A stretch of DNA of 64,000 nucleotides, from contig DASXDV010000186.1 in assembly GCA_036490465.1 (NCBI GenBank), positions 17,225 to 81,224 on the forward strand, read 5' to 3'. This document shows, one piece after another, positions 8,838 through 17,842 of this stretch. This DNA is from Candidatus Tumulicola sp. (GTDB lineage: Bacteria; Vulcanimicrobiota; Vulcanimicrobiia; Vulcanimicrobiales; Vulcanimicrobiaceae). The notes under the pieces were generated by a model that worked only from the letters and a program-made list of their open reading frames with translations, was not told the DNA's origin and did no database searches. Position numbers and translations under genes: made by a program. Position 1 is the stretch's first letter. Each line of letters opens with the position of its first letter.

Positions 8838-10154
8838 ATGCTGTTCCGTCGCCTGAACTGGAATATCGTCGGATGGTTTCGCATCGTTACGACGATTTCG
8901 TATCTCGTGATCGCCGTGGGAATCGGCTCGATGTTCTACCACGGCTTTGCCGGCGGTCAAGGGTTCGTGCCATCGCACATGCTGCGTCTCGGCTTGTCGT
9001 TTACCGGGGGAACCGATATCGCCGTACGTTTCGAGCAACCCTCGACGACCGATCGGGTGAAGCAAGCGCTTGCGGGACTGGGTCTGACCGAAGAGTCGGT
9101 TACCACCGCGGGTACCGACGGTAAGGGTTTCCACATCGAAACGCAGACGTCGTTTGCCAACGACTCGGCGCCCTTGTGGACGGCGCTCGGAACGGTCGCA
9201 CCGGTCGACCGGGCCGCCTCGTCGGTTACCGCCGTAGGCCCGTCGCTGGGCCGCGAGTATTTGGTCAAGGCACTCTGGGCGCTCGTGATCGCGCTGGGCA
9301 TCCAGTTCCTCTACATCGCGTTTCGCTTCGGCTGGAACTACATCTTCGGCCTCGTTACCGTCATCGCACTGGTACGCGACGCGGCCATGATGATCGGCAT
9401 CTACGCGCTTGCGGGCCGGCGCGCCGACGACGCCTTTTTGGCCGCCGTCTTGACGGTCATCGGCTATTCGGTGATGGACACGATCGTCATCCTAGACCGG
9501 ATCCGAGAAAATACGAAGCTCATGGCGGGCTCTCCATACGACGTGATCGTCAACGAATCGATCAAACAGACGATGACGCGCTCGTTCAACACGCTGGCGA
9601 CGGTCGTGATCACGCTGGTCGCATTGCTCGCCTTGGGCGGCGCAAGCCTCAAGAATTTTGCGTTCGCCCTGCTGGTTGGAATCGTTTCGGGCGGCTATCA
9701 CTCGATCTTTTTCTCGGCGCCGCTCGTCCTGCATTTCCGCAAACGCCAGCTCGAGGCGTCGCAGCGTCGCCGCCGCGCCGGACTGGCCGCCGACCGGAAC
9801 GTCAGCTCCCGCTCGCGTTCGGAAGCGACCGCCTTGCAAAGCCGGGGCGGACAAGCGCGCGAGGATATCGTGGCGGCGCGTCGCGAACGCCGGCAGAAGG
9901 CGAAAACCGCGCGCACGGTGGCGCCGGGAGTGCCCGCGCGGTACCGCAAGAAGCGCGACTCGGCCGGCGCGGTCGCGGTCGAGGATGCGTACGCGGGCGA
10001 GAACGAGCCGATCGATCCGCTTGACGCGCAAAACGCCGGGTTGCACGATGCGGCATTCGAACAAGGTCACGAAGAGATCAAGCTCAACCTCGACGAGTTC
10101 GAAGCGCCGGGCGAATCCAACGGCGACCGAGCGCACGAAGAAGAACGCCCCTAA
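8838..10154 (+). CDS. secF: protein translocase subunit SecF with a long charged C-terminal extension
   Basis: ATG 8838 lies 3 nt after the secD stop. LGLSFTGGTDI, GPSLGREYL, VIGYSVMDTIVILDRIREN and LVGIVSGGYHSIFFSAPL are SecF blocks. About 135 extra Arg/Glu/Ala-rich residues follow the last TM. Confidence 0.9.
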   Translation: MLFRRLNWNIVGWFRIVTTISYLVIAVGIGSMFYHGFAGGQGFVPSHMLRLGLSFTGGTDIAVRFEQPSTTDRVKQALAGLGLTEESVTTAGTDGKGFHIETQTSFANDSAPLWTALGTVAPVDRAASSVTAVGPSLGREYLVKALWALVIALGIQFLYIAFRFGWNYIFGLVTVIALVRDAAMMIGIYALAGRRADDAFLAAVLTVIGYSVMDTIVILDRIRENTKLMAGSPYDVIVNESIKQTMTRSFNTLATVVITLVALLALGGASLKNFAFALLVGIVSGGYHSIFFSAPLVLHFRKRQLEASQRRRRAGLAADRNVSSRSRSEATALQSRGGQAREDIVAARRERRQKAKTARTVAPGVPARYRKKRDSAGAVAVEDAYAGENEPIDPLDAQNAGLHDAAFEQGHEEIKLNLDEFEAPGESNGDRAHEEERP

Positions 10155-10248
10155 GGCTCGCCGCCCCCTGCCTCTGCCGACTCCGTCGGAGGCCGCGTTC
10201 GAAAGCGCGCTGGCCGCCCTCAAGGGCGATAGCGAAACCTCAGTTCGC

Positions 10249-12141
10249 GTGCCGTCGGCGGTCCCGGAAGAAGCCGGTCTCCGCGACGCCTTCGTCGACG
10301 CGGCGTTTTCCAAGAGCGCCGAATATCTGCGCGATCCGTACGCGCGGATCGCCGATGCTGCGACGTTTCACACCAAAGTGGTCGGGGTTTCGTTCGAAGG
10401 GCGGCAGGATACGATTGCGGGCTTGCGCGTCGGCGCGTCGCTAACGCTCGAGCGCCAACCCGGCAACCAGAAGGATCCCAACGCCATCGCCGTGCGCTAC
10501 GGCGACCTGCAAGTCGGGTTCATCAGCCGCGGCATCGCCGCGCACCTCGCACCGGCGATCGACGCCGGAGCGAGCTATCGCGCACGGGTCGCTTCGCTGA
10601 CCGGCGGCGGCGAGCGCAGCCGCGGCGTGAACGTGTTCGTCGAGCGCGACGCGGCCGCCGCGATCGCACGGCGGGAACGGTCGCGAGAAACCGCGCGCTC
10701 GGCGTGGGCCGGCGACGAACGGCGAGTCGCGGCCGCGCTGATCGGGAAGGCGACGCCGCACGACGCACAGCGGGCCGTGCTCGATCGCGTCGCCGCGGGG
10801 CGCAACACGTTGGCGGTATTGGGCACGGGGCGCGGAAAATCGTTTTGCTTTCAACTGCCGGCCGCGCTGCGCGCGCTTTCGGCCGGCGAAAAAACGCTGG
10901 TCGTTTACCCGCTGCGCGCTTTGGCCAACGATCAGTACGAGGCGTTGATGCGGACGCTCGACCCACTGGGTTTGCGAATTTTTCGCGCCAACGGGTCGAT
11001 CGACAGCCAGCAGCGCGCCGAACTCTTCGAAGCGCTGCGCGAAGGCGCGTGGGACGTCGTCCTAGCTACTCCGGAGTTTCTAGACTTTCATCGCGACGCG
11101 TTTGCCGGCCGGAGCTGCCCGGCATTCGTCGTAATCGACGAAGCGCACCACGTTCACGAATCGCGGCACCGGCCGGCGTACGCGCGGCTGCGGGCGACGA
11201 TTGCCGGGCTGAGAAATCCGCAAGTCCTAGCGCTGACGGCCACGGCGGGAGACGAGGCGTTTGCCAAGATCGTTGCGGAGCTGCAAATCGAGGCTTGGGT
11301 GATCGATCCGACGATTCGCGAAAACCTTCGGGTGGTCGACGCCCGTAACCGCAAAGACAAAATCGGTTACCTGCGCGAGCTGTTCGCGCACGAAGCCAAG
11401 GGTATCGCGTACTGTAACTCACGCAAGGACGCCGCGGACGTCGCGCGCGGACTGCGCGAGGCGCTGGGTAACGAGGTGATGTTCTATCATGCCGGCATGC
11501 CCAACGGCGACCGTCAGGAAGTCGAACGCCTCTTTCGCGAGGGCGGCCTGCGGGTCGTCATTGCGACGTCGGCGTTCGGCGAGGGCATCGACCTGCCCGA
11601 CGTCCGTCACGTCGTCCTGTACCACCTGAACTTCGATTTCGCCGAGTTCAACCAGCAGGCGGGGCGCGCCGGCCGCGACGGCTCCCCGGCCGAGATCCAT
11701 CTGCTCTACGGCGAAAGCGATCGTCGGCTCAACGACTACCTCATCGATCTCGATGCGCCGGCCCTTCCGGTGCTGCGCGAGATCTATCGCGGAATGCGGG
11801 CGCTGTCGCGCGATGCGATCGTTCGCAATGGCAACGCCGATATCGCGGCCATCCTCGATTTGGACAAGGTCCGCGATCGGACCGTGTCGGCGGCATTGCG
11901 GATCTTCGCCGATGCGAACTTGATCGAGATAAGCGAGGACGACGAAGGCCGGCTCGTGCGCTTTCTACCGGTGAACGGCCGCATCGACCTCGAGCAAAAC
12001 GAACGCTTCGCCGAGGGTGAGGCGATCCGCGAGAGCTTCGACGCGTTCTGCAAGCTCGCGTTGACCGCTTCGGCGCAGACCCTCGAGCACGTCATCAATC
12101 GTCCGATTTATCCGAGCCGCACGCCGCTGGAGCGTCCGTAG
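10249..12141 (+). CDS. HIRAN domain - RecQ-like SF2 DNA helicase fusion
   Basis: The HIRAN block is KVVGVSFEGRQDTIAGLRVGASLTLERQPGNQKDPNAIAVRYGDLQVGFISRGIAAHLAPAIDAG. It is followed by helicase motifs I GTGRGKS, II VIDEAHH, III LALTATA and VI QQAGRAGRDG. The start is uncertain. GTG 10249 is the first start after the secF stop. ATG 10048 would overlap secF by 107 nt. Confidence 0.8.
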   Translation: MPSAVPEEAGLRDAFVDAAFSKSAEYLRDPYARIADAATFHTKVVGVSFEGRQDTIAGLRVGASLTLERQPGNQKDPNAIAVRYGDLQVGFISRGIAAHLAPAIDAGASYRARVASLTGGGERSRGVNVFVERDAAAAIARRERSRETARSAWAGDERRVAAALIGKATPHDAQRAVLDRVAAGRNTLAVLGTGRGKSFCFQLPAALRALSAGEKTLVVYPLRALANDQYEALMRTLDPLGLRIFRANGSIDSQQRAELFEALREGAWDVVLATPEFLDFHRDAFAGRSCPAFVVIDEAHHVHESRHRPAYARLRATIAGLRNPQVLALTATAGDEAFAKIVAELQIEAWVIDPTIRENLRVVDARNRKDKIGYLRELFAHEAKGIAYCNSRKDAADVARGLREALGNEVMFYHAGMPNGDRQEVERLFREGGLRVVIATSAFGEGIDLPDVRHVVLYHLNFDFAEFNQQAGRAGRDGSPAEIHLLYGESDRRLNDYLIDLDAPALPVLREIYRGMRALSRDAIVRNGNADIAAILDLDKVRDRTVSAALRIFADANLIEISEDDEGRLVRFLPVNGRIDLEQNERFAEGEAIRESFDAFCKLALTASAQTLEHVINRPIYPSRTPLERP

Positions 12142-12146
12142 GCCGC

Positions 12147-13886
12147 GTGCACCTTCCGCACGGTCGTGAGGCGATCGCTTCGGGCGCCTTAGGCGTCGTA
12201 TGGCTGTTGGGGCTATGGGCCGCCGCCCCGATATTCCGTCCGCTGAAATCTTTGGCGCAACGGCTGGCCGCGACGATGGCGTTGGGTTGCTGCATCCCGC
12301 TGGGTCTCGGCCTGCTCGATCTCTTGTACTGGTGGTCTTCGTGGGCGGTCTTGTGCGCGCTGCTCGTCACGCGCGTCGTACGCGATGCCAACCGGGCATC
12401 CCGGAATCCGGAAAAAGGCCGGCCGTGGGATCTCTTGATTGGATTCGCGGTGCTGTTGGCGTTGGCTTGGCCGATCGCCGTGCGGCCGGCCATGGACGGC
12501 GATACGCTGATCTATCATCTTCCGAATGCCGCGAGCTGGGTCGTGCACCATGGCCTGTGGACGACGGGAACCCGGTACTGGTGGTATCCGCCCACGTCGG
12601 AACTCTTCGCTGCCGGTCTGCTGGCAACGGGCGGCGTCGGCGTCGTCGGGTGGGCGGGGATGCTCCCGGCTGCCCTGCTGCTGCTCGTGGTTCGCGAAGG
12701 AGCGCGTCGAAGCGGAGTTCCTCCGCTCGTAGGGACGCTCGCGGCGTGCGCGTTGCTCGCCACTCCCGTCGTTGCGGTCCAGCTCGTGTCGTTGCAAAAC
12801 GACGTCTGGTTAACCGCTCTTTTCCTATTCGCGCTTACGGACTACGCGCTGGAGAACTTTGCCATCTTGGCGTTGACCAAGCCTTACGGCATCGTTTTCT
12901 CGCTCATCGCGAGCTCGACGTGGGGGCCGGCTCGCACGCGATTGGTCAAGGCATTCCTGTGGGCGTCGGGAGCCTTGGCGCTTTGGGCGGTACGCGACCT
13001 CATTTTAACGCCGTCCGCAATCGTCCCCATCGAAACGACGTTCGTCGGCAACGTCGCGCGCACGACGATCCTCGGAAACCTGCCGGCTTCACTGGCATCC
13101 TTGTGGTCGGCATCGTGGCATGCCGGCATCGTCTGGGTCGTGCTTTTGGGATTGGGCATCGCGTCGCTCTTTGTTGCGAACGATCGTCGCCTGCGGTGGG
13201 CGGCCTTCGTTTCCATCGTCGTCTTTGCGATCGTCCCGACGGGGTACGTGGGCGGCTCGGTGCGGCAGCTAGCGACCGGAGCGTCCTTACGATTCGCGCT
13301 GCCGGTAGCCGCGCTCGGCGTCTTGTGGCTCGTCTGCGCGACGAAGCGATGGGCGATTTTCGTGGCGGCGGCGGCGGCGATTGGAACGATCGGCGGTATC
13401 GTCGAACAATGGCGGTTGTTTTCGAACGATGCGACGACGCATGACGCACCGGCGATCGCGATCGTATCGGCGCTGATCGCTGCGGGCGCGCTCGTGATTC
13501 GCGACGTGCGCATTAGAACGGCGATCGCGATCGGATTGTGTCTCTGCCTCGGAGCTCTCGCCGGCGGACTGGCCCGCAGCCATCCTGCCGACTACGTGAG
13601 CGACGAGTACGGGAGCGGGTTCGCCTACGTCTCCGCCCGGCACTACGAGCGCATCGTTACGTTGGGACTACCCGCCGGCGCGGCCGTCACGCTCGATCCC
13701 GCCGCGAGCGTTTTCGATGGTCTCGACGAAGGCGTCTGCGCGCAGGCACGCGCGCTTCACGCTATCGTGATCGCCTCGATTTCCAAGCTGCCAACCGCGC
13801 GATGTGGCCGAATCATCTATCGCGACGGCGCAACCGCAGTACTCGACAACGGATACGCCCGTCGCGCCGACGATAAACGCGGCTAA
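12147..13886 (+). CDS. polytopic membrane protein, possible GT-C-type glycosyltransferase
   Basis: 579-aa ORF (GTG start) with about 12 or more hydrophobic helices. An acidic DGD motif (AMDGDTLIYHLPNAASW) follows the early helices, as in ArnT/PMT-like GT-C enzymes. Family assignment is inference only. Confidence 0.55.
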   Translation: MHLPHGREAIASGALGVVWLLGLWAAAPIFRPLKSLAQRLAATMALGCCIPLGLGLLDLLYWWSSWAVLCALLVTRVVRDANRASRNPEKGRPWDLLIGFAVLLALAWPIAVRPAMDGDTLIYHLPNAASWVVHHGLWTTGTRYWWYPPTSELFAAGLLATGGVGVVGWAGMLPAALLLLVVREGARRSGVPPLVGTLAACALLATPVVAVQLVSLQNDVWLTALFLFALTDYALENFAILALTKPYGIVFSLIASSTWGPARTRLVKAFLWASGALALWAVRDLILTPSAIVPIETTFVGNVARTTILGNLPASLASLWSASWHAGIVWVVLLGLGIASLFVANDRRLRWAAFVSIVVFAIVPTGYVGGSVRQLATGASLRFALPVAALGVLWLVCATKRWAIFVAAAAAIGTIGGIVEQWRLFSNDATTHDAPAIAIVSALIAAGALVIRDVRIRTAIAIGLCLCLGALAGGLARSHPADYVSDEYGSGFAYVSARHYERIVTLGLPAGAAVTLDPAASVFDGLDEGVCAQARALHAIVIASISKLPTARCGRIIYRDGATAVLDNGYARRADDKRG

Positions 13887-14581
13887 GCCAGCACGCCGGC
13901 AACCCGGTCTCCATCGACGGCCTTGTAGAACGCGTTGGCGGTTTCGGTAATTCCGGCGCGAGCCCACGGATCGATCTGACTGCGCGTGGTCGGTAAATGG
14001 ACGGTGGGCCCAACCGCATCGGAATAGTCGGCGCCCCCAAATGGGCCGAAGCTGTGGCTTTCGCGATGCGCGAGCACCAGCGCGCCGACGGCCTCGCGCG
14101 CCGCGCGAGCCTCGCTGCGGAGCGGGTCGCCGAGACGGGCGTCGTTAGCCAGCGTGCCGTAGACGGCCATCGCCGGACGATCGGCATGCCACGGCAGGTC
14201 GCGGTCGGCGCCGGGGAAGCGCACCATCCCCTCAATGCCGCGCACGTCGGCTCGAATTGCCGCGCGGGAGCTTGGCTGGCTTTTGGCTGCGCTTACGAGG
14301 TCGTCGTCGAGCCGTTTGATCGCGCTTTCGGCGCGCGCGATTTTGGCAGCGTCGAGATCGAGCACGTCGAATGCCGCGGCCGGCCGTATCGGGCCAAACG
14401 GCGACGGATAGGCGGCACTCATGACGTCGTGCACGATCGCCCCGGCCATCGCTGCGGGATCGTCGGGATGCGCGGCAATCGCATGGGCGACGCCGCTCGG
14501 AACGCCGGGCGCCAGCATCGTCTCGGGCGATGCGGCCAGCCATTTGACGCCCGCGTGCGAAAGCGCGTCGGCAAAGCCCAT
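13883..14581 (-). CDS. clostripain (peptidase C11)-like protein, C-terminal region only (probable truncated remnant)
   Basis: The 232 aa begin with MGFADALSHAGVKWLAASPETMLAPGVP...MAGAIVHDVMSAAY...AAFDVLDLDAAKIARAESAIKRLDDDL. This resembles the region just after the catalytic Cys of C11 peptidases (FDACLM...SEE.ePg.G...iDLsk). No His/Cys catalytic half is encoded upstream: the frame closes at a stop about 130 nt upstream and is low-complexity there. Confidence 0.45.
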   Translation of the reverse strand: MGFADALSHAGVKWLAASPETMLAPGVPSGVAHAIAAHPDDPAAMAGAIVHDVMSAAYPSPFGPIRPAAAFDVLDLDAAKIARAESAIKRLDDDLVSAAKSQPSSRAAIRADVRGIEGMVRFPGADRDLPWHADRPAMAVYGTLANDARLGDPLRSEARAAREAVGALVLAHRESHSFGPFGGADYSDAVGPTVHLPTTRSQIDPWARAGITETANAFYKAVDGDRVAGVLA

Positions 14582-15046
14582 GGGATAATACAGATACCGC
14601 GAAAACGTCCGGGTCCTGGTCCTCGCGCGGGTCCGGTCCTCGTCCGCGTCCGCGCGCTCGGGTCCTGGATCGCTTGCCTGGTCCCGAGGGGCGACGACAA
14701 CGAACGATCACCTCGTGATCAAACCTTCTTAGCATTTATTGCCAATAACGCACCTGGATGCGAAGTGGAAAGGCTGCGCGTACCATTTGTCTCGGCCTCA
14801 TCCCACTCGTCTTTTCTGCGTCGACAGACAGGCTGCCGGATTATCGTTTTGAGATTGATTTAACGTAGCTAGCGTATCGAGCTATCCACCCCTGAGCGCG
14901 AGGAGGCGCTTCATGTTTCATTGTCGGACAGCACCCGAGCCATGGTTTCACAAAACGTCTGATACGCTGCGCCGTTCCTAGAAATCCACATTTGTACGGC
15001 TACAGCAATTGTGCGGTTTCTCGTGGATGTGGTACGCCTTGCGAAT

Positions 15047-16103
15047 TCATAAAGCCAGTCGTGTGGGTCCAAGCCTTCCGATGCGGCCAAAGCTGTCCTT
15101 ACTGTTTCGGGAGCTGTCTATGTCGGGTAGCGCGATCGTCTTGACGGCCGATCCGCCCGCCGGGTATCGGTAGACCGCAACTTGCGGGGAGGCCGAATTC
15201 ATCGTCGCAAGCTTCCGTCGCCCCTTGGGCCCGAAGATGTCGAGCTCGCCGATATAGGCTGCGAATTGGACAGTTTCAGCGACGCGGCCGAAGCGGCCGT
15301 GAAAGCGCATGCGGTAAACGGTGCCGAAATCGCTCTCCGTCCCCGCGAACGCGAGATAGCGGCCATCCCATTGCATGTCCCAGGGAAAGTCGAATTGCAC
15401 ACCTTTGATCGTCGCCGTCTCCCACGTGCTGCTTCCCGCGCGCGGGTACGCCAAAGCCGGTCCGCTGCTGTCGAACCCGTTGACGTACAAGTTGCCCGAG
15501 CCGTCGTAAGCGATGAAAAAGCATTCGAGTATCCCATCCGGCTCCACGTACGTGGTTCCCTGGGTTTCAGCGGGCTTCCAAACGGTGACCGCTCCCTCTC
15601 CGGTCGTCGGACTGAAAATATCCGATGCGGCGACGTCACCGTTCCCTGGATTTACGGAGCACCCAACGGGATATTCCCCCGGGTCGTCGAGCACGCGGAT
15701 CGGCATCGTGCCGCCGTGCGCGTATTCGAGCACGTTTCCGTCGCCGGTGTCGGCGATATACACGTTGCCGGCGTCGTCAGTACATTGGCCCTCCGGATTC
15801 AACACGCCCGAAAGCACGCCCAGTGCTTCCCCCTTGGGATAGGTATAGACTTCGACGATGCTATTATTGAAATCGCTGACGTAGATAAGCCCTTGTTTTC
15901 GTGCCTGCGGATCGAGCCAGCTTCGGCCGACCAGCGGGAGCGGGGCCGTTGCGGAGGGCTGCCGCTCCGGTTAGCACGCTGACGGCCGGAAAGCGCGGGT
16001 TGGCATTTGGTTGCGGTGCAATTTGCCCGCCGGCGCAGCCGGCGAAGACGAAAGCGGCAACGGCGCCGGCCATTCGTTGGAGCGATCGTATGACGCCGTT
16101 CAT
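15047..16103 (-). pseudogene. beta-propeller (NHL-like repeat) lipoprotein gene split by a frameshift
   Basis: ATG 16103 opens MNGVIRSLQRMAGAVAAFVFAGCAGG (signal plus lipobox), which terminates at 15864. The propeller body is open in another frame from ~15960 (PLPLVGRSWLDPQARKQGLIYVSDFNNSIVEVYTYPKGEALGVLSGVLNPEGQCTDDAGNVYIADTGDGNVLEYAHGG...) down to 15047. The architecture parallels the intact paralogue at 35059-36069. Confidence 0.55.
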
Positions 16104-16174
16104 ACCCGGAAGATTTCTGTTGCCGCGCGCGCCGACCCACGTGACGAGGTGCCGTCGAGGTGCCGCGGCGCCGG

Positions 16175-17713
16175 TTACTCCGGCGGCGTCGCGTCCCAGC
16201 CCAGCGCGTTCACGAGATCGCGAATCTGGGTGCCTTGAGACTCGTTGGGCCGAATTCGTTGTGCGATCGACAAACTCTTGAGCCGGTGAAAGGGCGGCGC
16301 GTCCGTACCGAGGAGGTCGAGCGCGCTTCCGATCGCGGCGTACGCGCGCCGCGAGTCCCCCAGCGCGTCAAAAGCTAGCGCTTCAACGCGATATCGCAAC
16401 GCCGTAATCCGCGCGTCGTCATTACTGGCTTCGTCGCCGACGTAGCTGCAGATTTCGAGGGCGCGCTGGAGCTCGCCGCTGCGCGCCAACGCTTCGGCTT
16501 CGTAAAGGTGCGTGCTCCACCACGCGTGCGATCCCGTTGCGACCAGGGCGCGTGCTTCGCGCGCCAAGCGCGCGGCGCCCGCGTACTCGCCCCGATCGAG
16601 GGTAACCGCCGTCAGCATGATGCGTATCTGCGCGTCGGGCAATCCGATCGCCTGGCGAATCGTCAGAGCCTCTCGCGCCAACCGCTGCGCTTCGTCGAGG
16701 CGCCGCTCGAAACGCGCGATGCCCGCCATCTGAACGAGCGCGGCCGAGACGTCGTCGAGAAAACCGTGCGAGACCGCAAACTGGTAGAACGTGGCGCACG
16801 CGGTTTGGGCCGACCCCACGCCGTCGCCGTCGTCGCACGCGAGCATCGCGTTGACGTTGAGATACTGTCTTAGCGCGGTCGGCGAAACTACTCCAGGGAA
16901 AGCAGCCGGATTCTGCTCGTGAACGCGCGCGGCTAATCCGAAGTTCCCACGTTCGTGATAGCAAAAGGCCAACAACGTCCGCGCTTCGCTCTCTGCATCG
17001 GCCAGCAGCGCGGCATCCGGGAGGGCGACACCGGCCAGCTGGACCGTCGCGCGTTCCAACGTCCGCGCAGCGGCTGACGGCCGACCCGTTTCGATGAGCA
17101 ACTTGGCACGCGTGACGAGCGCGCGTGCTCTGGCGGCGACGGTGCCGCCGCCCAAACCGAAAGCCACCTTCAGTTCGCGGCGAGCCGATGCAACGTCGCC
17201 ATCGTCGAGCAGAAGCTCGGCTAGCAGGCAATGCCCCCATACGGCCTCCTCGCCGCGTAAGCCGGCGACGACTGGGGCGAAATGATCGGCGCCGGCTCGA
17301 CCGCGGCCCCCGGCGGACAGCGAGAGCGCCGTTTGCAAGCGCGGATCGCGTGCGACCGTCGCAACGGCCTCGCGGCTGCGCGACGTCGCAAGATCCCGGC
17401 TTATCCAGTCCCGCGCGAAGGCAAGGTCCCGGTAAAACTGACGGCGTGAGAGTCCGAGCTCGGCGGCGACGACTTTGTGCAGTTCGCCGCCCACGTCGCA
17501 GCGCGCGACGATGGCGTGGAGGCGATCGCCGTTTCCGGGAAGTGTTCGGAGGCGCTCGACCGCTCGCAAGGCGTTCGAGCGTAACGGCGCCTCGTCGATT
17601 CCCGCTTCCGCGTGAAAAGTCGTCCGGCCGTCATCCGCCAGACTCTGGAGCAAATCCGCTACGCCGCCGGTGGCAGCCGGAGTTCGGCGGCGCCGCGCCT
17701 CGGGTCGGCTCAC
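16175..17713 (-). CDS. transcriptional regulator: sigma-70 region-4-like HTH plus TPR-like repeats
   Basis: The N-terminal LHAIVARCDVGGELHKVVAAELGLSRRQFYRDLAFARDWI looks like an ECF sigma region 4 / LuxR-type HTH. The remaining ~400 aa are Ala/Leu/Arg-rich helical repeats of TPR type. Confidence 0.65.
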   Translation of the reverse strand: MSRPEARRRRTPAATGGVADLLQSLADDGRTTFHAEAGIDEAPLRSNALRAVERLRTLPGNGDRLHAIVARCDVGGELHKVVAAELGLSRRQFYRDLAFARDWISRDLATSRSREAVATVARDPRLQTALSLSAGGRGRAGADHFAPVVAGLRGEEAVWGHCLLAELLLDDGDVASARRELKVAFGLGGGTVAARARALVTRAKLLIETGRPSAAARTLERATVQLAGVALPDAALLADAESEARTLLAFCYHERGNFGLAARVHEQNPAAFPGVVSPTALRQYLNVNAMLACDDGDGVGSAQTACATFYQFAVSHGFLDDVSAALVQMAGIARFERRLDEAQRLAREALTIRQAIGLPDAQIRIMLTAVTLDRGEYAGAARLAREARALVATGSHAWWSTHLYEAEALARSGELQRALEICSYVGDEASNDDARITALRYRVEALAFDALGDSRRAYAAIGSALDLLGTDAPPFHRLKSLSIAQRIRPNESQGTQIRDLVNALGWDATPPE

Positions 17714-17842
17714 TTAGCCGAAATTTCCGCAGTTTCGCGGCATTGCCTTTCGATGTTTGCGCTCCGCCAGAGGGGAGCAAATGCGCAAAAGCGTACGAAG
17801 GGGAGCGTGCCCCCGATGTGCTCTTCCTTAAGGATAACCGTT

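Noticed and set aside
9658-10248. N-terminal 200 codons of ORF 9658..12141 (would make an 827-aa helicase)
   Set aside because: This part overlaps secF in another frame and is Arg/Ser-rich low complexity. Recognisable HIRAN sequence only begins around 10370.
14600-14690. GGTCC-rich repeats as a CRISPR-like or tandem-repeat array
   Set aside because: The units are short (5-10 nt), irregular and contiguous, with no spacers. This is low-complexity GC-rich sequence, not a repeat-spacer array. No CRISPR array was seen anywhere in the window.
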